Positions 21,292 through 28,650 of a DNA stretch of 30,642 bases are shown piece after piece (within the stretch, counting starts at the first letter, position 1; each line of letters begins with the position of its first letter). The notes below the pieces were generated by a model. It did no database searches, was not told the DNA's origin, and saw only the letters and a list, made by a program, of their open reading frames with translations. Location of the stretch: the IMG/VR virus record IMGVR_UViG_3300045988_049076; one strand, given 5' to 3'. Position numbers and translations under genes: made by a program. The stretch is from a virus.

Positions 21292-21394
21292 GGGCGCTGC
21301 AATGGTTGCGGGAGGTGAGAACTCGTACGGGGGGATTGTTCGGGGCTCACATGGGGGGTATATGCCACTCGTTGAACACGAACCATCGGCAATA

Positions 21395-21443
21395 CCAAAA
21401 GGCCCCGGCCAGTCCGGGATTCCTCCCAAGACCGACCGGGGCC
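21395..21443 (-). terminator. Probable terminator after the DUF1064 gene
   Basis: GGCCCCGG (21401-21408) pairs with CCGGGGCC (21436-21443) across a structured 27-nt interior. On the minus strand it is followed by TTTTGG. Confidence 0.5.
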
Positions 21444-21461
21444 ATGCCCGCTCCCAAGTCG

Positions 21462-21797
21462 TCACGTCTCCTTGATGACCTTGCCGTACCGTCGTGCGAA
21501 GAGCTTGCTCTTGAGCCGGTACACGTCAGTCATCATGCCCTTGACATCTTCGACGACCTCCCGGCCATTCTCTACGTAGACGAAGTCGGCCACGTAGAAG
21601 ACAGGCCGGTAATGCCTGCCATCCACGTCGAAGGCCGGTACGAGCTCGTAACGCACCTGGCGTCGAAGATCTTCGATGATTCCGTCTTCCTCCATGCTCT
21701 TCAGGACGAGATACCGGTCAGCCTCACGCCTCGAATCGAAGGTGATGCCATCTACCGTTGTCTTTTTCGCATGGTATTTGCTCCGTCCGCTCCACAT
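21462..21797 (-). CDS. DUF1064-family protein (putative nuclease / Holliday junction resolvase-like)
   Basis: 111 aa. SKYHAKKTTVDGITFDSRREADRYLVL...YVADFVYVENGREVVEDVKG fits the KY.akk..vdG..FdSk.Ea ... aDF.y ... veDvKG pattern. Confidence 0.7.
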   Translation of the reverse strand: MWSGRSKYHAKKTTVDGITFDSRREADRYLVLKSMEEDGIIEDLRRQVRYELVPAFDVDGRHYRPVFYVADFVYVENGREVVEDVKGMMTDVYRLKSKLFARRYGKVIKET

Positions 21798-21800
21798 GGC

Positions 21801-22211
21801 TTACCTCCCGGTGCTTCCGAAGCCGTTGTCGCCACGCTCGGACGGGTTGAACGCAGACACCTGCTCCAATGGTTCGCAGACCACCGGAATCACAACCAGC
21901 TGCGTGACTTTGTCCCCGGCCTCGAACTCATGGTCTTCGCCGCCATGGTTGTAGAGCTTGACCACGATGCTTCCGGTATAACCCTCATCGATGAGCCCGG
22001 CGCTCGTGATGTCGTGCTTGACGTTGAGTCCGCTCTTGCTGACGAGCAGTCCGGCGCATCCACACGGCAATGCCACGTGCACGCCAGTATCGACTATCGC
22101 GTTCCCGTACGCCGGCACCGTCACGGCCTTTGGTGTACGCAGATCAAGTCCCGCGTCGGTCTCGTGGCCTCGTGACGGCATGTACGCTCCGTTGTCCAGC
22201 ATGATTTCCAT
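21801..22211 (-). CDS. dut: dUTP diphosphatase
   Basis: 136 aa with the dUTPase motifs DAGLDL, SKSGL, GLIDEGYTGSI and RGDNGFGSTGR. AAAGGAGG RBS. Confidence 0.9.
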   Translation of the reverse strand: MEIMLDNGAYMPSRGHETDAGLDLRTPKAVTVPAYGNAIVDTGVHVALPCGCAGLLVSKSGLNVKHDITSAGLIDEGYTGSIVVKLYNHGGEDHEFEAGDKVTQLVVIPVVCEPLEQVSAFNPSERGDNGFGSTGR

Positions 22212-22297
22212 TTAGCGCCTCCTTTTGTGGTAGTATTATGAGCGTCGGGGCGTTTTATTGGTTTCCCCGCCCCGGCTACTTTCCTTTGAGTAATAAT

Positions 22298-22335
22298 AAT
22301 CCCCGCCTCCGGTCGAAAGACCAGGGGCGGGGATT
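22298..22335. terminator. Strong hairpin terminator with GAAA tetraloop between the poly-Asn gene and dut
   Basis: AATCCCCGCC (22298-22307) pairs with GGCGGGGATT (22326-22335), with an inner GGTC-GAAA-GACC. T-rich sequence follows on both strands. Confidence 0.75.
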
Positions 22336-22354
22336 GTCTTATCTTGAGTCAGTG

Positions 22355-22591
<237 letters not shown>

Positions 22592-22647
22592 TTTTATTTC
22601 CTTTCTAGGTTGTAGGATTTGCATGTCCTACGTTGTTTGATACACAC

Positions 22648-22678
22648 ACAATATCACGATCACTCTCACGACACGCCG
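22648..22678 (-). promoter_or_regulatory. Promoter-like element with exact 10-mer for the poly-Asn gene
   Basis: The reverse complement of 22648-22656 is TGATATTGT. CGACACGCCG lies at 22669-22678, 15 nt upstream. A half-site GCACGCCGA lies at 22698-22706. Confidence 0.5.
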
Positions 22679-22706
22679 AACGGACAACAGCCCATCCGCA
22701 CGCCGA

Positions 22707-22735
22707 TTGCAATACAGCGAAGACGGCGCTATAGT
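22707..22735 (+). promoter_or_regulatory. Near-consensus sigma-70-type promoter P1 (TTGCAA-N17-TATAGT)
   Basis: -35 TTGCAA at 22707-22712, an exactly 17-nt spacer, and -10 TATAGT at 22730-22735. Confidence 0.65.
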
Positions 22736-22741
22736 GAGTCT

Positions 22742-22820
22742 TGCACTTCATTGTGTACTCTTGACAGCTGACTGCTCAACCGGGTTCTTCTCCCCCTCTC
22801 CCCCGGTTGAGCATTTTTTT
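22742..22820 (+). ncRNA. Candidate ~80-nt small RNA or terminated leader transcript from P1
   Basis: The inferred start is ~7 nt after the -10. There is no start codon. The terminator hairpin 22773-22813 has a 17-nt all-pyrimidine loop TTCTTCTCCCCCTCTCC and is followed by T7. Confidence 0.5.
22773..22820 (+). terminator. Strong intrinsic terminator
   Basis: TGCTCAACCGGG (22773-22784) pairs with CCCGGTTGAGCA (22802-22813), a 12-bp perfect stem, followed by TTTTTTT (22814-22820). Confidence 0.85.
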
Positions 22821-22877
22821 ATATCTGAAACACCGCCTTATGTCATCGTTACCAGCAACACACCGACGCGAAACAGG

Positions 22878-22906
22878 TTGCAAGAATACTCGACGCGTTA
22901 TATCAT
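22878..22906 (+). promoter_or_regulatory. Promoter P2 (TTGCAA-N17-TATCAT) positioned for a leaderless transcript
   Basis: -35 at 22878-22883, a 17-nt spacer, and -10 at 22901-22906. The ATG at 22914 begins 8 nt after the -10. Confidence 0.55.
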
Positions 22907-22913
22907 AAGACCT

Positions 22914-23093
22914 ATGAACGCTAAAAATTACACCGCAACAGTCCCCGAATACGCCCACCGCTGGAAGCTCAACATTCAAACAGTCCGCCGCTTCATCCGC
23001 GAAGGACGACTCCACGCAGTCAAGGTCGGCCGCTGCTACTTCCTCGACCCGGACGTAATCCCAACCAAGGACAACACCGAAGCCGACAACTAA
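22914..23093 (+). CDS. HTH_17 / excisionase-AlpA-like small DNA-binding protein
   Basis: 59 aa. VPEYAHRWKLNIQTVRRFIREGRLHAVKVGRCYFLDPD is the typical MerR-superfamily excisionase-type HTH. The upstream part of ORF 22707..23093 covers the promoter and terminator and is rejected. Confidence 0.65.
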   Translation: MNAKNYTATVPEYAHRWKLNIQTVRRFIREGRLHAVKVGRCYFLDPDVIPTKDNTEADN

Positions 23094-23110
23094 AACACAA
23101 TCCACCACAC

Positions 23111-23139
23111 GAGGGGTAGGCAGTTCCCGCCTACCCCTC
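23111..23139 (+). other. Perfect 11-bp hairpin between the HTH_17 gene and the antirepressor gene (no U-tract)
   Basis: GAGGGGTAGGC (23111-23121) pairs with GCCTACCCCTC (23129-23139). Confidence 0.6.
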
Positions 23140-23178
23140 TACGAATAAGCCATAACCGACAAAAGAAAAGGCAATCAA

Positions 23179-23961
23179 ATGAATACCGAAATCCAAACAT
23201 TCAACTTCAACACCGCACCATTGCGCACCCTGACCGACAAGGCCGGTAACCCGTGGTTCGTACTCAAGGATTGCATGAGCATCCTTAGCCTCGGTAATCC
23301 AACTGAGACTGTCAAAATGTTTGATGATGATGAGTTCAGTACTACTGAAGTCATCGACTCGATTGGTCGTCGGCAGCAGGCGTACATCATATCCGAGTCC
23401 GGCTTCTACCGTCTCGTGATGAAGTCTCGTAAGCCAGAAGCCAAGGAATTCCAGCGCTGGGTGACCCACGAAGTGCTCCCAACCATTCGCAAGCATGGCG
23501 CGTACATGACCCAGCAGACCCTCGACAAAGCCCTCACCAGCCCCGACTTCCTCATCCAACTCGCAACCAAGCTGAAGGAAGAACAGGAAAAAGTCAAGGC
23601 ATTGGAACCGAAAGCCAAAGCCCTCGACGCTTTCACCGACGTGGAAGACCGACTGCTCGTCCGCGACGCCGCCAAGATCCTATCCAACTCCGGCACCATC
23701 ATCAACGAAAAACAACTGCGCGAATGGATGGCAGCCAACGACTGGATCTACAAGCACAATGGATCATGGCACGCCACCGCAAAACACTGCACAGCCGGAC
23801 ACCTCGTAATGGTCATGTCCACAAAGCACGGCACCAAAGCGGACGGCACGAAATTCGCTTTCCCACCCACCGTACGAATCACGAGAAAAGGCTTGGTGCT
23901 GCTCCACACGCGTCTCGGCGAAACCCGTCTGGCCAACGCCCTCGAAACAACCACCCACTGA
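23179..23961 (+). CDS. Antirepressor: Bro-N domain plus KilAC/ANT C-terminal domain
   Basis: 260 aa. The N-terminal FNFNTAPLRTLTDKAGNPWFVLKDCMSILSL...ISESGFYRLVMKSRKPEAKEFQRWVTHEVLPTIRKHGAY is the Bro-N pattern. The C-terminal LLVRDAAKIL...EKQLREWM...GWI is like phage antirepressor KilAC. Confidence 0.8.
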   Translation: MNTEIQTFNFNTAPLRTLTDKAGNPWFVLKDCMSILSLGNPTETVKMFDDDEFSTTEVIDSIGRRQQAYIISESGFYRLVMKSRKPEAKEFQRWVTHEVLPTIRKHGAYMTQQTLDKALTSPDFLIQLATKLKEEQEKVKALEPKAKALDAFTDVEDRLLVRDAAKILSNSGTIINEKQLREWMAANDWIYKHNGSWHATAKHCTAGHLVMVMSTKHGTKADGTKFAFPPTVRITRKGLVLLHTRLGETRLANALETTTH

Positions 23962-23982
23962 CCAAAAGAAAGGACTAACACC

Positions 23983-24435
23983 ATGAACGATCCGCACATC
24001 ATTCTCCCCTCCGCCCGCCTCGTCGCAGACCCGGAACCCAAACAAACCAAGAACGGCACGCCATACCTCCTCCTCAAAGTAGCCGCCAACGGAGGCCACA
24101 AGGACAAGCAGACCGGACAGTGGATCGACCACGACACGATGTTCGCCACGATCTTCGAATACGACCAGCGTCTCGCCGCCACCTACATCCAGAACCTCCA
24201 CAAGGGCACCCCGGTCCGTGTCGAAGGCGACCTGAAATGGCAAACCGGAACAGACCGGAACGGACAACCGCGCACCGACTTCATCATCGACTATGCGACC
24301 ATCGGCCTAGTCCTGAAGAAAGCCAAAACACAGCAGTCCACACCACAACAGCCGACACCGCAGCAACAGGCCGCAAACTGGGGCAACACCCCACAGTCTG
24401 ACCCGTACGCGCAATCCTACAACGACGAATGGTGA
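23983..24435 (+). CDS. ssb: Single-stranded DNA-binding protein
   Basis: 150 aa. It has an OB-fold-like N-terminus (ARLVADPEPKQTKNGTPYLLLKVAAN...VRVEGDLKWQT), a Gln/Pro-rich linker and an acidic aromatic tail NDEW. Confidence 0.7.
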   Translation: MNDPHIILPSARLVADPEPKQTKNGTPYLLLKVAANGGHKDKQTGQWIDHDTMFATIFEYDQRLAATYIQNLHKGTPVRVEGDLKWQTGTDRNGQPRTDFIIDYATIGLVLKKAKTQQSTPQQPTPQQQAANWGNTPQSDPYAQSYNDEW

Positions 24436-24449
24436 CAGAAAGGAACACA

Positions 24450-24587
24450 ATGAACCCCAAAAAACATCCGATCAGCTACAAGCTAGGTACCTTTGCGGCC
24501 TACCTACTCCTCACGGCCGTGACAATTCTCGGCGTGACAGGTACGATAGCCCTCATGAAGCTCCTTATCGACTTCATACTCAGCTAA
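24450..24587 (+). CDS. 45-aa membrane micro-protein (not in ORF track)
   Basis: My own translation gives MNPKKHPISYKLGTFAAYLLLTAVTILGVTGTIALMKLLIDFILS. AAAGGAAC RBS. It is followed by a terminator. Confidence 0.5.
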   Translation: MNPKKHPISYKLGTFAAYLLLTAVTILGVTGTIALMKLLIDFILS

Positions 24588-24593
24588 AAACAC

Positions 24594-24618
24594 AGCCCCA
24601 CAACAACGTGGGGCTTTT
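24594..24618 (+). terminator. Intrinsic terminator upstream of the terminase genes
   Basis: AGCCCCAC (24594-24601) pairs with GTGGGGCT (24608-24615), followed by TTTT. Confidence 0.7.
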
Positions 24619-24630
24619 CCCATATTTGGA

Positions 24631-24636
24631 TATAAT
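24631..24636 (+). promoter_or_regulatory. Consensus -10 TATAAT placed 7 nt before the terS ATG (leaderless late transcript?)
   Basis: TATAAT at 24631-24636 and ATG at 24644. No SD sequence lies in between. Confidence 0.45.
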
Positions 24637-24643
24637 CGGCAAT

Positions 24644-25033
24644 ATGACAGAAGTAGTAAGAGACCAGCACGGCAGAATCGTCAGCGGAGCATGTAACCCG
24701 ACCGGCAAAGGCGGATTCCAAGACCGCCCTCAGGATCGAGGCTCATGGACCAAGGACACCAGCCCAACCCGGTGGATCCGCGAATTCAGCAAGCTCACCG
24801 CCGAGGAATTCAACGAAAGAATAAAAGACCCGAACCTCACCATGGTCCAGAAAATCGCCATCAGACACATCCTTAACGCCTCCAAAGACCCGAAAGTCGC
24901 AGCCGACTACATCGACCGGCTCGACGGCAAGGCCCGTCAATCCACAGACGTGTCGGTCACCGGCTACGAGCCGCCCCGCATCATCATCGAAGGCTTCGAC
25001 GACAATCCCAAAAACACGAAAGACCACGAATAA
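24644..25033 (+). CDS. terS: Small terminase subunit candidate
   Basis: ATG at 24644. The alternative GTG at 24608 lies inside the terminator stem. The 129-aa product has an N-terminal NPTGKGGFQDRPQDRG motif, as seen in small-terminase-like proteins, and lies directly upstream of terL. Confidence 0.55.
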   Translation: MTEVVRDQHGRIVSGACNPTGKGGFQDRPQDRGSWTKDTSPTRWIREFSKLTAEEFNERIKDPNLTMVQKIAIRHILNASKDPKVAADYIDRLDGKARQSTDVSVTGYEPPRIIIEGFDDNPKNTKDHE

Positions 25034-25039
25034 CACGAC

Positions 25040-26299
25040 ATGCAGATAGCGAAACCCTACAAGGACCTATGGTGGTGGCTCCACACGGAGACGCCACCAT
25101 ATCGCTATTTCTGCTATTCCGGCGGTCGAGCATCCGGCAAGAGCACCGCAGTCGCGCAAAGCCTCATACTCCGTGCCGCCAGCCAGCCGATCACCGTCCT
25201 ATGCGCGCGAGAATTCCAAAACAGCATCGCAGACTCCGTGCATAAGCTCCTTGTGGGCACCATCCGAAAATTCGGCCTGCAAGGCTTCGAGATCACCCGC
25301 GACAGCATCAGCCACATCAACGGCAGCACTTTCATCTTCCGCGGATTACATAACAATTTTGAAAGCATCAAGAGCATCGAGGGCATCGACGTGTGCTGGG
25401 TCGAGGAAGCCCAAACAGTCGGCAAGGAAAGCCTGACCACGCTCATCCCGACCATCCGCAAAACCAATTCCACGCTGATCTTCACATGGAACCCACGTAC
25501 GAGCCATGACCCCGTCTGGACCTACTTCATCTCCTCGGATTCGGTGGAACGCCACAAACAGACCTGCCATTGGCACACCACATTTGAAGACGTGAAAAGG
25601 CTCCTCAGTCCAGACGTGCTCTCCATGATCGAAGCCGACCGGGAATCAGCCGACTTCGGCCACATCTGGCTAGGCCTACCATACTCGGACACGGACAATC
25701 AACTCATCAGTGACGATATGCTCAACGAGGCCATCCGCCGTACGCCATTGGACGGACCGGTCACATTCGGCGTCGACGTGGCACGATACGGCAACGACCG
25801 CACCGCACTCACCATCAAAAAAGGCAACCATATCGAAACGCTTGAATCATGGACGCACGCAAGCATCGTGGACACCGGCGAAAGAATCAGGCTCCGCGCA
25901 TCGCAATACCATCCGATCGATATCCGCATCGACGACACCGGCATAGGAGGAGGGCTTACAGACCTCCTCAAATCATGGGGACTGCCAGTCACTGGCATTA
26001 ACTACGCCGGAAAACCGAAAGACCCCCAATACCCAAACGCTGCCTCGGAGCTATGGTTTGATTTTGCCGCCATGCTCCCCCATCTCAGCATCAACCCCCA
26101 GCTCTCCGACCTAGCCAAGCTCACGACCGAGCTCACCACCCGCAAATGGCAGATAACCAGCCGTAACCAAAGGCAAATAGAAAGCAAGCAAGACTACAAG
26201 GACGCCGTGAACCTCGGCAGCCCGGATCTCGCCGATAGCGTGCTCCTCGCATGCTACGAACCACCACAACTCCCCTCGTGGGATGTCATGGTCTGCTGA
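25040..26299 (+). CDS. terL: Large terminase subunit
   Basis: 419 aa. It has Walker A YSGGRASGKS, a CWVEEAQ Walker B-like motif, and a C-terminal RNase H-like nuclease region (GVDVARYGNDRTAL...IDDTGIGGG). Confidence 0.9.
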   Translation: MQIAKPYKDLWWWLHTETPPYRYFCYSGGRASGKSTAVAQSLILRAASQPITVLCAREFQNSIADSVHKLLVGTIRKFGLQGFEITRDSISHINGSTFIFRGLHNNFESIKSIEGIDVCWVEEAQTVGKESLTTLIPTIRKTNSTLIFTWNPRTSHDPVWTYFISSDSVERHKQTCHWHTTFEDVKRLLSPDVLSMIEADRESADFGHIWLGLPYSDTDNQLISDDMLNEAIRRTPLDGPVTFGVDVARYGNDRTALTIKKGNHIETLESWTHASIVDTGERIRLRASQYHPIDIRIDDTGIGGGLTDLLKSWGLPVTGINYAGKPKDPQYPNAASELWFDFAAMLPHLSINPQLSDLAKLTTELTTRKWQITSRNQRQIESKQDYKDAVNLGSPDLADSVLLACYEPPQLPSWDVMVC

Positions 26300-26331
26300 T
26301 CATCCCAGTAGCCTACTGTCGGTAGAATAGT

Positions 26332-28455
26332 GTGATAGAACATTTCAAACCGAAACGAGGCAAATTGACCATTCTCAGCAACCTACGCTCAGGCTTCGCG
26401 AGCGCTTTCGGCCGCTCAAACGCCCCACACACGTCCCCAACGCCGGCAGGCGGCAACACATGGCAGCAAATGGGCGGTAACACCATCCCTTTCCACGACA
26501 CGTACGACAACGTTTTTCCCTACGTGAACGCCATCGCCCAGCGTTTCAGCACCGTCATCCCCTACGCCGTCGCCTCGGACGGCCGTCGTCTCGACCCAGC
26601 ACCGCCCGCACTAAGCGCCCTATACGCCCCTAACGACACGTACAGTTGCCTTGAATTCCTTAAACTCATCGCGTCAGGCATACTCACCCAGTCACACGTG
26701 GACATCCTTATATGGACCACCAACGGCCCCGGCGGCAACATCACCCCAGACAACATCACCGGATACACCCTCCTACCGTCGAACAGCCGCGTCTACAACG
26801 ACACCCGCTCCGACTGGTACCACCGCGTAACCATGGACCTCGGCGACGGAACCCGCCAATACGAATTCACCCGCAACGAAACCATCTCGCTTTCGTACAG
26901 CCGCCACCCCGACGACCCCACGCGAGGCATCAGCCCCGCCATGACCATCAAGAAATGGGCCAACGTCGACGACATGATCGCCGACTACGAACGCGGCTTC
27001 TTCGGTAACAACGCAGTACCCGCCGGCATGCTCGGCATCGTCTCCGAAAACGCCGAAGACTTCCAACGCAACAGAGCACGCCTCGAAGAAACTTTCCGCG
27101 GAGCCGGCAACAACAACGGCATCGCCTACAACATGATCCCCGTCGACCCACTGACCCACAAGCCCAGCCAGACCAGCAAACTAGTATGGGTCCCATTCCA
27201 GAACTCCAACGACTCACTGGACCTACAGACGGTCAACGGCGTCGTCAACAACCGTCTGGCCAACGCGCTCGCCGTCCCCGACATCATCCGAGGCATCGAC
27301 AACGGCCAAACCTACTCCAACGCCGAAATGGCCGAACGCGCATTCATCGAAAACACCCTCAAACCACTCTGCATGACAGTATGGGACAAATGGCAATTCG
27401 AACTCGACCGCATCACCGGCGGCCTCGGCTACGGCATCACTTTCACACTCGACCTCCCCGCCCAGACCGAAGTCGAAAAAATACAAGCGGAAACCCAACA
27501 AATCCGCATCAATAACCTCATCCAACTCGTCAACATGGGAGCATCGGTCGAAACCGCAGCCGAAGCACTCGGCCTCCCCGACGCATACCGGCGGCTCGAC
27601 CTCCACCCATCCACCCACGACACACCACTCCTCCCCTCCGGAAGAAACACCACAAAAGCCTCCAAAACCATCCACGACACGCCAACCGAACCACACCTCC
27701 TGACCTCCACCCGCGCCTATGTAAACCGCATCATCCAACTCACCAGACGCTCGCAGTCAGGACTCCGAGACGACCTCAAAACCATCGGCCAACAGTGGGT
27801 CAACGACGTGGAAAACGACCTCATCACCCACCTCACCAACTACGCCCGCAAAACCGGCCTCAAACTCGAACAAGTCATCACCGCATGGGCCGAAACCCAC
27901 CCAAACAACCCAATCGCAGTCGAAGTGCAAGGCTACACGCAACCAGACTGGAAAAACCTCTACGACTGGGCCAAACTCCCACCAAACGTGAAGACGGCAT
28001 ACATCGACCACTTGGAATCCATCGCCGACACGACCTCCAAGACCGTCACCGCGAAAACCCTCGACATCCTTACCAAGGCAGACAGTGAACAATGGGACGC
28101 AAGACGTTTGCACGACGAGCTCGCACGCCTCGGCAACGAGCACGCCGAACTCATCGCCCGCTGCGAAACCGTCCAAGCCCAAAGACTCGGCAGCTTGTAC
28201 AGCGCACGCAACCTCAGCGAAACACTAGGAGTCCGACTGCAAAAGGTATGGCGTACCAGCGGAGACGCGACCACATGCGACTTCTGCAAACACATGGAAG
28301 GCACCACCATCGGCCTCGACAGCTCCTACCTGGACACCGGAGCAAACATCGAAATCGGTGACCACACCTACGTCAACAACTTCGAAAACATGACCACGCC
28401 AAACGGGCATCCGAACTGCCGATGCTACGAAGACTACGAAGTAGTGGAGAATTAA
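26332..28455 (+). CDS. Portal protein fused to a MuF / SPP1 gp7-like head morphogenesis domain
   Basis: 707 aa with a GTG start (uncertain). The N-terminal ~430 aa are portal-like by position and size. The C-terminal ...VWRTSGDATTCDFCKHMEGT...NGHPNCRCYEDYEVV carries the MuF-family HPNCRC signature. Confidence 0.7.
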   Translation: MIEHFKPKRGKLTILSNLRSGFASAFGRSNAPHTSPTPAGGNTWQQMGGNTIPFHDTYDNVFPYVNAIAQRFSTVIPYAVASDGRRLDPAPPALSALYAPNDTYSCLEFLKLIASGILTQSHVDILIWTTNGPGGNITPDNITGYTLLPSNSRVYNDTRSDWYHRVTMDLGDGTRQYEFTRNETISLSYSRHPDDPTRGISPAMTIKKWANVDDMIADYERGFFGNNAVPAGMLGIVSENAEDFQRNRARLEETFRGAGNNNGIAYNMIPVDPLTHKPSQTSKLVWVPFQNSNDSLDLQTVNGVVNNRLANALAVPDIIRGIDNGQTYSNAEMAERAFIENTLKPLCMTVWDKWQFELDRITGGLGYGITFTLDLPAQTEVEKIQAETQQIRINNLIQLVNMGASVETAAEALGLPDAYRRLDLHPSTHDTPLLPSGRNTTKASKTIHDTPTEPHLLTSTRAYVNRIIQLTRRSQSGLRDDLKTIGQQWVNDVENDLITHLTNYARKTGLKLEQVITAWAETHPNNPIAVEVQGYTQPDWKNLYDWAKLPPNVKTAYIDHLESIADTTSKTVTAKTLDILTKADSEQWDARRLHDELARLGNEHAELIARCETVQAQRLGSLYSARNLSETLGVRLQKVWRTSGDATTCDFCKHMEGTTIGLDSSYLDTGANIEIGDHTYVNNFENMTTPNGHPNCRCYEDYEVVEN

Positions 28456-28458
28456 CCC

Positions 28459-28641
28459 ATGACATACGACATCCACTGCAAGAAATGCGGACGGTACCTC
28501 GGCTCATGCGAGCACGATACCGACGTGACACTCAAATGTCCGAACTGCAGAAGCCTATTGGAATATCACATCATGCTATTATGGGGACTTGAACACAAGC
28601 CCCCAAAGGACGTTCACGACAACATCACTACCACCGAATGA
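28459..28641 (+). CDS. Com-like zinc-ribbon protein
   Basis: 60 aa. IHCKKCGRYLGSCEHDTDVTLKCPNCRSLLEYHI has two CxxC pairs spaced as in phage Mu Com. Confidence 0.55.
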   Translation: MTYDIHCKKCGRYLGSCEHDTDVTLKCPNCRSLLEYHIMLLWGLEHKPPKDVHDNITTTE

Positions 28642-28650
28642 AAGGGTGAC

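Noticed and set aside
21306-22175. 289-aa + strand ORF opposite DUF1064 and dut
   Set aside because: The minus strand encodes canonical dUTPase motifs, and the + product has no features. It is an antisense shadow.
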